DNA from: Zygnema circumcarinatum SAG 698-1b
Taxonomy: Eukaryota; Plantae; Zygnematophyceae
Assembly (NCBI GenBank): GCA_037447605.1
Contig: CM074808.1
Span: 1,364,001-1,428,000, forward strand
DNA: 64,000 nucleotides
Direction: 5' to 3'
Of the stretch, positions 46,412-60,100 are shown piece by piece (the first letter of the stretch is position 1; every line of letters starts with the position of its first letter). The position numbers and the translations under genes are program-made. Below the pieces are notes generated by a model that was not told the origin of the DNA, did not search any database, and saw only the letters and a program-made list of their open reading frames with translations.

Positions 46412-48342
46412 GAAGAGTGACATCAGGGTTCGGCCTAATCGGTGGGCGGCTACTGCATATCTGCAATATGCAGATTATGAAGGTGCAAAACTGTCACAAC
46501 CTCTCTTTTTCTGCTTTACAGTCTTCACGGACGCAGTGTTTGGTAGGAAGCTGTCCTGATTACACAAGTTTCACCCCTGCTCGTGGTGTACAAAATTCGG
46601 TCTACAACATGCTATTCCTGTATTTCCACCAACTCGTGTGCATTTATCGATCTCGTGGAGACGTGGCCGGCACTGTCTGTGAATACAGCTGAGAATCTCC
46701 TTGAGAAAGCTTGAAGGTCTCACATGCAAGGAAAGGTGAGATTAGGGGTGCCAATGTCATCCTAGGAAATTCTTGCAGCTCCTTAGATCGGCAATAAGGG
46801 CAATCACTTACACGCGCATGTAGAGTCCCAACGATGGCGCTTACTGCAGTCCTCACAAGCAGAACGGCGAGAGAGATTTTGTAGCATTGGAGCTTGAGAT
46901 GTGCACCAGCGCCTTGGTGCTGCGTCTGTACTGTACAATGTACTGCAACTGAAGTACCGCTTTTTCACAAACCGAGAAAATATCTGTTTTTTCTATTGAG
47001 AAGTCAAATTAGTTATGCATTCTAAATCACTGCAAGCTGTCGGCGTTTTAGTTAATACCAGTCATGACAAGGTTGGTACAAAGAGATATGATATATAGAG
47101 CGAGGGCTTAAAAGCGATTATTATAGTTGAATTTTCGTAAATTTTGGGTATCACAGGAAAATGTGGTCGGATAAATATATCGGTCGCGGCACAATACGGA
47201 TAACCGTACTGCCTTGATGACTTTTTGTTGCACAATTGCTTACTGAGAATTGAATTGATTCCATCTTAAATGGAAAACGACATGAGGTGATACCTCTTGC
47301 TACCTTGCTTCGAAACTCAAGCTGTCCAAACAGTGGAATCGTCGAATCAAGACTGCAAATGATGTGAAGAATCGGGACATCAGCCACCTGTCGGAAACTA
47401 GAAATTTTCATTTTGTCGTAACCGATATCTGACATGGTGACAAGAGCAGCAAAACCAAAAGATCCCTTTCCCAACACGATAAAACTGGCGTGAACAATGG
47501 GGATCCAATGGGGTTGACACTACCCCAGTCCCTTATTCAACACTCCTACATTAGCAAATAGGGTTTTTAAAATGATTCTGAACACATCTGCGTGCGTAAC
47601 CGATTTCTACCGTTTTTTTTTCGTGAAGGCTACAGTCGCTGAACTGAGAAATTATTATTTTTCCGCAAAATGAAAATTGAATCACTGGACTAATTCTTCA
47701 CATAGACTTGCATCTATTATGGGCTCTCCCATGAATTTTGGCAAAATATGAACTGGCTGAAACGAGCGTGCGGCTCCCTGAACTGCTGAGAACTAAATGA
47801 ACCAAAGGAGCCTTCTAGATTTAGAGGTCTGCCAGTGTGAACACCGGTGAAGAAGAAGCTTTTGCAGTGATAGTGATGGCAAGCTCTCCTCCTTCTGCAC
47901 TACATCCAAGAAAGGCGAAGACTTTTGAAACAGCTTCTCAATCAAGCGGACAGCCATAGCAGACTACAAGGAGAAAAGCTTGTTTTTGAGACAACTGTCA
48001 CAAGTGACAGGCAGGTGGTTGCTGTCGTAGACTCTTCTGACTACGTTCTCCATTCAAAAAATCATCCTGCCTGAAATATAGGTACAGAAGCAGAAATGCA
48101 TTCCTGAACAAACCAGCACAGCTGCTTTTTCACATAGCACTGTGCTCCTTTATTGACACGTGTCGCTCGACAACAAGCTCAAACTGAGCACACGCTGCCG
48201 TAGTCGCTGTCTATATCCCTCGTAGACACCTTTCATTTCGGAGTTCAGAGTGGCACACGGCATTAAGGATGCTATCACTTTGTTCAAGACAACACATATT
48301 CATACAAACACAATACCGACCAAAGGAAATTATTACCTGGGG

Positions 48343-50686
48343 CTATTCTAGACTAATGGCTTCAGCGTCCTCCAAGAGGCCAGGCCGCAGATCCCCTTCC
48401 CTCTCATCGTCCTTCTCGCGTGCGAAAGACTCCCTCTGCATAAACTTCACTACCGGCCATCCATAAACAGTCGATATAGGCGGGCGATATATGACTAGCC
48501 CCTTACAGGAGGATATGCGTAAGGACAGTCAAGACGTTCATCAACATCTGTCTGGCTAACCAAACCGTTGCCGAATGTCACAGCAGGAAGGTGGCTACCA
48601 ATGGAGAAGCAGACGGAGATGACTTCCAAAGTTAATGCCCGGCCTCACCTCTGGGCCAAAGTAAGACTGTTGGCTCGTCTGAACGAGCGAAGCGTACGCT
48701 TCTGGATAGTAGATAGTAGTTCCGAGAACTTCATTGCTGACAGAAGTTTCTCGCATAAGAGGACTGCTGCTGGCAGTGCTTCCATGACGGAGGGAAGGGT
48801 CAAAATCTGCTGCATGGTAGTATGGTCCAGAATCTTGGGAGGGTCCTAAGCGGTAAATTTGCCACCAAAGGAGACCAGAAAGGATTCGGAAAAAGAAGCC
48901 TATACATTCTGAATGGAAGGTAATTTGAAGAGAAATAATTGCCCACTGGCTCAGATGAGAAACGGTTTCACAGGAGTGGGGGCGGCAGGTCCTGCCAGTC
49001 AAAGGAGGTAGCCAAGTTAGAGTACAGGAGGCAAATCAAAACTGGATTAAGATGGTCAACAAGGCAGGCGTTTTGCAGTATGGTAATACAAAACAGCAGT
49101 CAACCAAAAACATTGCCAATAGCCTGATAGCAAAAAGTTTTTCTGTTCAGATACAGGCACCGCTACTTGTGATAGAATCAAAGGGCAGAATTAATTCTGA
49201 TGCGTTGCAGCAACTATTAGGAAGATGCGTATTCCATGTCTGCATGTGTCCTGTGCAGTTGGACGCACAAAACTCTCAGCACAGACAAAGAGTGAGACAG
49301 CGGAAGGCCAAACGTTGCCATTGACAGTATTTCTGGCGTTTCTGGACCATTTCGTCGCTGCGCTTCTAAGAAGAGAACAAACAAGCGCAGCCTTTCGAGC
49401 ACCTGCATGCGTTAAAAAGTAGTTCCGCTTTCCTATACACCTGAGCATTCAGAGTACCCCTTAACACATAGTGAATCTATCCTTGAGATGTCATCATCCG
49501 CCAAAACACAGGATTGATTGAGAAAGACAATCGCAAAGGAGCAACAACAACGACTTACCAGATATCAACAGCGTAGAAAACGAACCACGCTATATCGAGG
49601 AAGACGAGGCATAGAAGGAAGACGATGTATGCGCGGCCGAGAGCTTGATATCCGCTTGCGATTGCAACAAGACCAAAGAGTGCTACGACGAGATTGGCCA
49701 ACACAATGCCAGTGTATAAGGCACCTATAGAACCAACAAGCGCACATACAACCTGTCATGGAATCAGCACCCAGGACAAAATGTGAGATGGAAGGGTGCG
49801 AGACTCGATAGGAGAGACTCAACGAACATGCAATAGTTGGTTTCTGGGGCTGGCATCTGCTTGAGGTTCATGTGAATTTCAGTCAGCTGAATGCAGAAAT
49901 GGAATCTACTCCGATTGAAGAGATCAGAGACAGAGTTTGGGTTCCATCCTAGTCCCTAGTGCATGAGGCTCCTTGAATAAGCGGGCCTATGTGACAGGAT
50001 CATACAGAGATATTTCTTGCCAAAAAGGGGGGGTAAAAAGACCTAAGGTGAGCAAACTATGGAAATGCTGCGCATGCAAAGTGAAAAAAAAAAACGAGGT
50101 TCATAGCATTAAATTGGCGACAACCAACGATAACTTCCGCTCAGAAGCTTGCATTCAGCACCCACAGGAAAGCTTTGAGCAACCAGATTGAAACACAGCT
50201 TATCATATGGCTGTCACCGACGTCCAGAAATGAATGAAAGCTGCTCATTTGACCACTTCTTACTGCAACAAGTTGTCAGAGTCCGGAGGGGAGTGCAAGT
50301 GAACTCTCTGGGGAGACCGGAACTCAAGCATTCCAAATGTCAAGTGAAAAAGGGCACATTGCAAATTTTACTGGCTCCAAGCGTCCTTCCTAGAAGCTCA
50401 ACCTAAATGTAACGGCAGAAAGAGTAACAGCACGACGTCAACCAACTCAAAAAAAAAATGTATTAACTCTTCTCGCTCTGGAGTCCCCAAGAGCAGCTTT
50501 CTTTTTTTTTCAATTCAGTCAAGATTAATACAAGATGGCTAGTTCCTTTTTTAACTCTCTTGACGGAGCAGCCTCCGGCGTGAACTCTGTGCTCACCTGT
50601 ACGTGCAACAGGACCACCACAGTATTCTGCACATCATCATAGTTGTCCAGCCAAGAGAAAAGCACATTGCGATGCCAGCTGGGCAT
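48343..50686 (-). CDS. Conserved uncharacterised plant membrane protein (LWxQIYRLG family)
   Basis: Exons 50686-50597, 49752-49559, 48991-48649, 48435-48343; WLDNYDDVQ, VCALVGSIGALYTG, LGRAYIVFL..LDIAWF, ECIGFFFRILSGLLWWQIYRLG match a recalled Arabidopsis family; mostly missed by the ORF track. Confidence 0.85.
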
Positions 50687-51039
50687 GCTGCCTTGCCGCA
50701 AGCATTGCCAGCTTCCCCCTCACCCGCCCACCCCAAGGCAACTTTCGCTCCCACAAAGTCACATCGTCAGTTCGCCCCTAGGGACACAGGTACCATCTTT
50801 GAAGGACGTCATTTCAGGAATGCGGACGCGTTGGGGACGAAATGGAGCCCAGTACTGAAAAGCAGAAGTTGCAGTTTGAAACAGATGCAGAGGGGGCAGA
50901 GAGTGAGGGGATCGGTATTTCAGCATTGGCATCTCAGCTCGACGTCCGTCATTGAATTAGCTTTAAAGAGGGAGAACTTGCAGATGCACTGCTGCCTAAG
51001 CTGAAGAAATAATCTGCTTCATCGCTGTGACTTGTCCTG

Positions 51040-54000
51040 ATGTATGCGTCTGTGGGAGCAGACAGCAAGAGTTACGGTGTGAAGTTCCAGGTATTTATTC
51101 AGGACATTGTGATGAGGGCTGCTTGTCTTCAACATTTTCCGCTAGAGAAAATCATTGCCCTGCTCCTAAGGTTGGAGCCGTATTTCTTTCGGCTGGAAAT
51201 TGGTGATGGGTATGGGTCTCGCGGGAAGAGACTCCGGGAATCCGGGACGTTAGTAAGAAAATTGGGATGCTTGTTTTTTTTACAACAGATTGCCTTCAAT
51301 ATAGGTAGATCGAGCAAGTCCTAAGTCTCTGTCTGCAATCTACAGTGTTGAATATCCAGATTGTCTCAGGTTGGTGTTTTTCGCCAAGAAAGTTCCTTCA
51401 AGTTTTAGCAAGCTGGAGCAAGTATGCAAGTAGTGTATCAGCTCCCAACCGGAAACTTTGGCCCGTGTTGAGTTTCACGCATTGCAGATTTAAGGTATTA
51501 CATGTGAAATCTGAGTGTAGATGAGTAACCACATCTTTTTACTTTTGCAATATTGGATTGTGATGAAACAGCTGTGTCACGACATTAAATGACAACGTAC
51601 TAGTTCTGTCTTTTGAAAGTATGAAAGGCAAGATAAAAGGTATTGTCTATGGTTAGCCACCCAGTTTGGGAAAAATATGTTAAGCTTCTTACATCAGCGT
51701 GGGAGAACATGACGAGCAAAGTTCAATTTTGCTATGGAAAAAGGAGTAGGAGCCTCAGCAATTACGCGTAGCCGTACTGTCATTACTTCGTTCATGGAAA
51801 ACTTGTCCTCTGCAGGTAGTCAACTGTTTGCTAGTTGGCAATTCCCAGAAAATCTTTTGAATCTATGTAGGGGTTTCTGGGCGGATATTCAGGTCTACTT
51901 TAGGTGCGGAGACATAGATATGCATTTTTCTCTGATAACTGGTCGTTTCCAATGAAGCTTCAGTTAGTATGGACCAACCAAAGTAATGGATTTTCTCAAG
52001 GCGTTGGCTTCTCTAGATTTGTTCTGTGTGCTCTCGTTGTATTTGTGTACTTGGGAATAGCTGTGGGAGCTTAACCAAAGCAAAGTAAACCTGAGCTTAA
52101 CCAAACCAAACTCTGGTTAACCTCTCTCTCCGTTGGCTGCCAAGCATATCAGAACTTGGATGTCTTAAGCCGGTTCTTGAGTTTCTCTGGCACTATTTCC
52201 TTGTTTCTGACCTTGGAAGAGAACCTTGCGTTCTTACTCCTACGATTTTGGATAACCCCTTGTGTTATGATTAAGTCAGTAATGGCAGTCTTTGAAAACA
52301 GTACTAAACCGTTTGCATGGGCATGGGATTGGCTTGGGTAGGCACGATGTGTGGCAGCACAATATGCAGTAGAGGAAAATTGCTCGCGATTTTTGGTTGG
52401 CACACTCAGTCTGCGAGAAGATAATGAGGTGCGCCATGGTTCTTTTCTCACTGATCCTGAATTCGATTTAACCTGAGTCGACTTGATTATGCATTGAACG
52501 GTTTCTCGGTAAGTACGAGCATGATGACAGAAGCCACTCGTTTGGAGCCATATGCTCGGTTGCCTTTAGATAGAAATGACAAATTGTCAGAACGGGGGCT
52601 TGGCCTGTGGATGCAGGTTCATGTGATTCAATATGCTGAAAATAGCAGTGACATAACCTGTGAGGGGCTTTTCTTCCATCAGCATGAGATCTGGGACCTG
52701 GCAGCTTGTCCTTATGACTCACGCCTCTTTTCCACCATTTACGCTTCTTGTAATAACTCGTACCTTCTACACAACATTGCGGGTTTTGGTCCTTCGTTTT
52801 TCAATGCACATTCATTCCCTGTGTTTGCTTTCTGCTGCCTCCGAGAAGGGCATTTTATCAACCGGCTGAAAGAGCACGTCTATAGACAACAACAGGCATG
52901 CAATGGCTTACACCAGTGGAAGAAAGGCTGATTGTGGATAGATGCAAATCAGTGAAAAGATTATGTTGGGAAGGCTTAAGCTGATTGGAATAGTGAGAGA
53001 CGTGTTGGGATGAGCAGCCGGGGAGTCCTATGCAGCCATCTGGAGAATACCTGACAAGGGATCCGAGTTGCCAGGACCGCATGGGACCCCCATGCTCGAG
53101 CAGGCAGCTGGGCTTACTGGGGCGGATGCCCGGCTTAAGTGGTGAGTCGAAAATGTCTATCATGATGCCTTGTCTGATGTGTTGAATTCATCGCACCATG
53201 CTTGAAAGAATACGGGCGTTCTTTATCGCGATTATACTGTTGTTTAGAAGATTGCAGCTCTTTTGGACTGTTTACGACTGCAAATATAGAGAGCAAAGAT
53301 GGTACAGCAGCTACATACAGAATGTTCGTTTGCAGAGGTCATTCAGGGAGTCTTGGGTCCAAGGAAGGAATATTCTGCGGTATCCTGGAGGAACAGTTGG
53401 TCAACGTAAGCAAGCTTTTGGGGGCGGCATGCAGCATCTTGTGGTATCCATCTGGTAGACATGATCAGGTGGTGAGCTTGGATGAGGAAACCATCCGAGT
53501 ATGGAACTTTGATGAGGGGAAGAGCTCTGCAGCGGTATGCCCAGCTCAGCTCCAACATGGTGACTGCCTTCGGCCAGGATCAGAGCTTGTATTGCTTGAC
53601 GAGTTATAAATATTGCGCATTACAATATCAGTTGGCTGGGCTGTAATTTTCTCAGAGCCTGTGATGCAATAGTAGCAGCTGTTCCTATTCTGCGTTATCA
53701 CTACTAACCAATATCAAATTCGTAGTTGTCTTTCTCTCCCATGTTTCCCTTGAACAGTACAACCACCTCTGCTGCTATACTTCACACTCACAGATAGTGA
53801 CTCCTAGATCTTTAGGCATTTTGCATTTCCAGGAAAACAAGGAGGGAGTTTAGCTTGCCTTGAGTATGGGCTTGCTTTTATCGATTCGTTGCAGCAATGC
53901 TTGTGCTCGAATTCGCCTCCTTCAGATTGTGAAAAGTGCCTACCTTGGGAGCAGGTAAAGGGCCAAGCATCTGCCGGAGAGCTGCAGCAGCTGAGTTGCG

Positions 54001-56403
54001 GCGCGTGGGACCCACACGATGTGAACAGAGTGGCGACGGCCGGTGACGGCACAGTCCATTGTTGGGATCTTCGAAGCATGCAGTGCGTTTCCTCACACTC
54101 TTCTTGAATAGCTTGACGGATCTGACAGAACAGATCTTAAAGCAGTATATCATGCTACTAGAAAACGAATATTAGTCCTGAAACATGAAAACACCTTAAG
54201 TAAATGCCTCGGAGGTGATGGCCCCTTTGGACTATCCATTAACCCTCTAAAGTTTCACAGTTCTGTCGTTTACCAGAAAGTACTCGACTTTCGTGGGCAC
54301 ATTCGCTCCAAAGACTTATACGGTCCAGTTTTTTTTTTCAAGCATCACATCCATACCCACTGCTGTTTCATTCCTGAATGCTCTGCAGAAGGACATACAC
54401 CATGGAGCATGCACACTTCATGCAAGTGCGCGACATGGATTTTAATCCGACACACGAGCATGTCCTGGTTGGCTCCCACTTATCAGATCATGCTAAACTT
54501 GGCAGCTTTCAGCAAGCGATTTTGCTACCTAAATCTGAGCAGCGCTGTGTGGTCCTCTCGTTCTCGCCCTCCCTTTCACTCATTTCCCCCTCTCACTGAC
54601 ACTGTCTCTACCTCTCTCGACTGTCTCGCATGATTACTCACTGCTCAAGGCCTGCTGCAGATGACCGCTGGTGATGACTCGAAGATTCGAATATGGGATT
54701 TGCGCACTACAGGCTTGCCCCTTCTTGAACTCTCAGGCCATTCTCACTGGTGAGGTTCTCACCCACTGTAATTATAATCCAAGTGAACTATCGGGCAGGT
54801 CAAGCGAACAAGCTTTCTGGATGTCCTGTGGCATGAAAACGATCTGTTTTCTCTCAGTGTACCTCGACAAAGGGAGAAACGTTTTTTTTTGGCGTTCTTG
54901 ACAAAGCCGGATTATCTTGCATTTTTTTCCGCTCCCCTCGCGTCATTGTGTGGCATTATATACTCAGATGCAGATAGATGGGCACAGGACGTGGCGGGTG
55001 CGCTACAACCGTGTCTATGATCAGCTGATCCTGGTATGGCAGCTTGCTGAAACTTACCATAGGTCCTTACAAGTCAGCAAAATGGAATGATTTCCCTTCC
55101 TGGTTTTGTCTTTCAGTGAAGTCGTTTCCTTGGTGTTCTTCAGCTCTCTTCCTCCAAATTCCGCATTCGAGCATTGACTCATAAACCAACAATCTCGTAT
55201 GCCCTTCTCCTGCAGAGTGCAGGGACGGACACAGTAGTCAACCTGTGGCATGTGCCCTCAACACCGTCTGGTTCTGCCCGGCAGAGTGGCAGAGCGCACA
55301 AGTTGCAAGATTCTGTAGGGGAGTCTCCAAGGAGTCCTCTTGAAAAGCCCATACAAGCATATACAGAACATGAAGACAGCGTTTACGGTAAGCTGCCGTA
55401 ACCCGATTGGTTGCAATGGCCTTAGCCCCTACGACAATGAGCTCTGACATGTAAGGCCTACGTTAAATCTCCTCCAAGACATAGCGGAGCTCTGTGTGGA
55501 TATCTCAGCTCTACCATAGGTGTGCCCGTTGCTTTGCAAACTAGCACCTCTCGAACATGCTAAGCCGTTCAGATTCCTTTCAGGATTGCTGTTGTGGTCC
55601 AGCTGCCCGTCCAGGAACTTGAGGAAATTTCGTGTCTGTGAGTGAGGCTAACGTTGCAGCGATCACGTTGTATAAAAGCGAAGTTTACTTGGCGCAGGGA
55701 TCGCATGGAGTGCAAAGCAGGCTTGGGTGTTCGCCTCTATTTCTTACGATGGGCGTGTAAGTGGTCATCCTCCTCCTCGTCATGGTCTTGGAGATATCTT
55801 AACGCATGACTGTGCTTCTTCTTGTTTTCTCGTCTATTGAATGGGAAAGGAATGTATCGCTTTGTGGGGAGCCTTTCAACCATCCCGTTACCCAACTTTC
55901 CTCCATCCTGTTCCTTCCAGTTACCTTTTCCTGTCGGGGACGGAGACTATATGGCTGAGAGCGGGAGGTCTGAAAAAAAAAAAAAATCTGTGTTCTTGCT
56001 GTTATCTTTCCTCTCTTGCCTGTGTTAGACTCCCTTAGTCCTCACATGTACGAGTGTTCAGGCAATGTACTCACGGCAGGCTCGTCATATTGCTGTTAGA
56101 CATACAAAGATTCTGATGACAATTGCCATAGGAACAGTGTCATCGGCCTTACACAGTCCGTGTAATGTGTTGGTTCTCAGTCTTTCTGCTGATGCTCCTG
56201 TCAATGCAGAACATTTTATTCAGTGTTGAATCTTGACTGTGTAGAAAAGATTGTTGGAGCTCTGGAAAAGCTCACTTTGCTGGCACGTTGGTGGGCCTCA
56301 CAACTTTCTGAGAGGTCGTTTTTTTGTCCCTCTGATCCACCCTATGCTGCAGGTGATGGTCAGCACTGTGCCCCCGTCTGTGCGCCAGCTTGTGAAAAGC
56401 TGA
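51040..56403 (+). CDS. DWA2: WD40 protein DWA2 (EIPR1/TSSC1 orthologue)
   Basis: 12 exons starting 51040-51090 (SYGVKFQ), 52342-52428 (ARCV...GTLSLREDNE), HEIWDL, GAWDPHD, WDLR, GHSHWTW, SAGTD, HEDSVYGIAWS...FASISYDGR; stop at 56401-56403. Confidence 0.93.
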
Positions 56404-57164
56404 CAGCCGGTGCAGGACTCGCTTTGCACAGCCATTATTGTATGGGGTTTGGTTCACCTACTTGTACTCATCCTTTAAAAGAAAAAAATCCATTATAATG
56501 ATTATTTTAAAGCAAATTTCAGGTGAAGATTACTGCTCGAGGAGTTAGGGATACCTACCGTTGTTCAAATTTTATTCCACTTCTTTATGAGGCTTTCACA
56601 CAAGCGAATTCCTTTCATTTTCAACCCGGAAACGCCTTTTGTTTGAAAGGCTGACTCAAGCAAAGGGTAAAGGTGTCATGAAGAACGTGTTTTGTGAATG
56701 CTCAGTAGTCGAAGTCAAAATGAAAGGGGAAGACTGCAAGTGTTCCGTTGGCATAACGCGCCACATTGTTGAGGAGTTATGGCAAAAAGAGAAAATGCCA
56801 TAAACAAAAAGCGATGGCAAGAGGATAGTCAGAATCGCAATGGGCTCCCTAAAAACCTTAACGGTACGCACCTTTCAAAGAACTTGGAGTAATAGATACC
56901 ATCATTTATACATAGGTTTTTAAATCAAGCGCGCTAGTTGTGCAACGGAATTGACTGCAGTACCATGCACGTACGTGGATTGCCTGCCAGAACGCAGCAC
57001 TTCCCAAAATCCACTCCCTAGCACCCTACTTACATGCACTCATAAATATTGACCGCCAGCAAAAGGAAACGAAAGCTACGTCCTTCTCAATAGGCAGATG
57101 CGAACTGACCAGGAAAAACTGAAGTATGTACAGCGCCCCCAGGCAACGAGAGCGAGGAGCCGGT

Positions 57165-60100
57165 TCACATGAGCACGAACACCAAGTCTTGTCTGCTGAC
57201 AGAGACGTCTCCTGGCGGATTCGTGTGCACGAAGGGGACCAGCGCTTCTTTGGTCCCTTTGGCCCTGTAGAGCCCCAGCGCCAGCAAGCCTTTCTCGTGC
57301 AGGAGGTGCTTCACAAGGTCAGCGTAGGTCCTCCCGCAACACTCGCTTGGAACCGCCACCTGACCTAACCGCCGCACTTCGCCATCCTCCACTCCTACTG
57401 CTGGGCCTCCACTTAGCATTTGCTCCACAATTTTGTTGACATTTCTGTTGTAAAAAGTCGCAAAGCTGCAAAAAGGGGAAAAAGGCAAGGACAAACCGTG
57501 TCAGGTAACTCCGCGGGATTGCCTCTGTAGCTAACACCACATGGGCCCTTGCAAACAGGCATACTTCAGTAAGTGGGATCAAAGCCTGATCTTCGGATAG
57601 TTATGCGAAATGCTTTGAATGCGCCTTGCTTTTTCAGAGCAGGTAAAGTTGAAGCATACTGTGGAGAGACCAGGCTTTCAACTAGTGGTAGTAGTCAACT
57701 AGTTGGTCACTACTTGCCACAAACTGCAGCAGCCACACATGTATTTGAACTACTTGCCACAGATGCAACCATTCCCTCGCCTCAGAATCAGAGATTACAC
57801 AGAACGGATGAATGGTTTCCTTCCCATACCTACTACAATTGATGCAACATTCAAATTTCAGTGGCGAAAGCGAATAAACGACAGAATTGTCCGGGAGCAC
57901 TCACGTGAGGAAGCAGAGGCCTACAGGACAGAAAGCTTTGCCGGATTGATATGGAGGAACAAACTGATAAACCGCATCTCGGTTTCTCACGTAAGTCGTA
58001 CGGGACAAGCGGTGGCGCTGTAGCAACCACTTGGGACGCAGATACTGGAAGGCCAGTTCATGTTGAAGCTCCACCAATAATTCGTCTCCAGAGCCTTTAA
58101 GCCTCTCCACATTGGCGGCGATAACCAAGTTGTCAGAATCACACATGTTGTCACCCGTCGAACCCTCTTCTTCATGGCTTCCGCTCTCCAAGTGACCGTC
58201 CCGACTTAAAATCAACACTTTGGCTGCAGCAGCAAACCCAAACAAACGCAACCCCGCAGAAAATACATTCACTTTGAGAGAGGACATACGTGAAGGCACT
58301 TGACTCTTTACAAAAGGGAAGGACGTTAAGAAAATGACTGCAATCAGCCATTACAAGACCTTTTTTTAGGCATTTTAGGCTTCTGGGATATCAAAGGAGG
58401 AATCATAAGGCAGTGAGGATGTGCAAGTGTTTGGGCGAATCACTTACCTGCCTGCACCACTCCTGCCCGCATAAGATCCAGTTCATACAGGGGAGAGCCT
58501 GAGACAAAGTATACTTCTGGGAAAAGCCCAAGACAGCCCCATTCCTCCGACGTGGGCTGTACTTCACATAGGAACACAACAGGCATCTCAGGAAACGGGC
58601 CTGTCCGTAGATGAGAAACAAAATGGAAGAGGTTGTGGGGCCAGGAATCATTGAAGCAAGCGAGAATATGAGGTTTATCTAAATGAACTACGGAAAGAGT
58701 ATGATTTTCAAGGTGATCCAAAATTTCATCACGCCTCTTTGAGAGGATTGCAGGGTGTGGCTTCTGTTGCAGAACGAGCGGAGGCCATGTTAAAAGTTTT
58801 TCCAAAGCATCATTCAGGCTCAGCTTCTCCACCATTTCATCTGCTGCATCCCCAGTTACATGCTCCTTGGAAGTAGGATTTCGTCCTTTCGTTTCTGGCT
58901 GATGCTCATCAGCACTGCCCCTTGCCGCCCTCTCTACATCTGCTGCTAAATGCGAAGAGTTCTCCTCCTCTGCCGATGGTGTGCGATAGATTGACGCTGA
59001 CAAGCCCTTATTTAGTATTTGTCCATTGGACCGTGCAGAAATAATTGAATTCCACATTTCAGTTATCTCTGCAAAGAGGGCCATGGACTGTTTGTGTCTT
59101 TCAAAAGGGGATAGTCCAGTTGTTGCGTTCTGTACGTGCTGCGGCGCCTCAGTTAAAGTAGGTAATGTGCTGAAATACCGCCAACTCTTCCAGGATTTAA
59201 AAAATGGCTTCTGCTTGGCATCAAATTTCGAGATCATTTCCGCCGTGCGAATGTTTTCGGCAATGACAAGGCCCACGTCGGTTGGCCCAATCAAGTGGCT
59301 CTTTGGGAACAAAAACACTTGACGCCGAGCATCCCTTTCACGTACGCTTTCCTCTACAATAACGTCAAGACCAAATAGCATCACACCGAATTGCATGTAG
59401 CAAAACTCTGCCGCCTGCACGAAGCCAACCCTCACTTCTCGTTTAGCTCTACAGACTGGCGAGAGGCAGCATGTTCGTGTTTCTCCCACCTTCATGCTAA
59501 GAAAAAACGTTTAAGAAAGGATGCTTACCGCTTCAAACCGAAGGTTGTGAAAAACCTCTGGCAGCAGCACCGGATATACTTCTTGCAAATGACCGCGATA
59601 ATACTCAAACATAAAGTGATTATGAAGGGGCTTGGCGATGTAGAGGCCTGGTCGGAACAGATTTGAAATAAAGGTAGTGACGCCCTTGATATAGCAGCTG
59701 CCGAATAAAGGGAGAGTGAGAAGACCTTCAACCAGACAATCTTTTCAAAACGATGATGAAACCAAACATTGCGATTCTTAACACCTAACGAGCATATTAT
59801 ATCAATTGCAAGCACCTCCTGTAATCCGTGTAGAATAGGAAAACACCGTTTTGCAATCGGCTCATTAAGGCTTTTAAGCAACTATGGCTCTAGACATTTG
59901 TCGTGTTGGAAGCAGATATGATGCTTCAAACTACAAATTAAGAGGCATATCAATCACCAGATACTTCAATTGCGCGCCTATTCGCCAATACTACCATTCT
60001 TCTTCCTTGTCGTCAGTAGTCGATAATGCAAATGATTTAACCAATCATGTAGCAGCCGAGAAAAAAGTGGATGAACTATATCACTACAACATGAGCAAAT

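Noticed and set aside
47151-47477. ORF starting LGKGSFG, like a kinase glycine-rich loop
   Set aside because: No VAxK, HRD or DFG motifs follow and I found no compatible exons nearby
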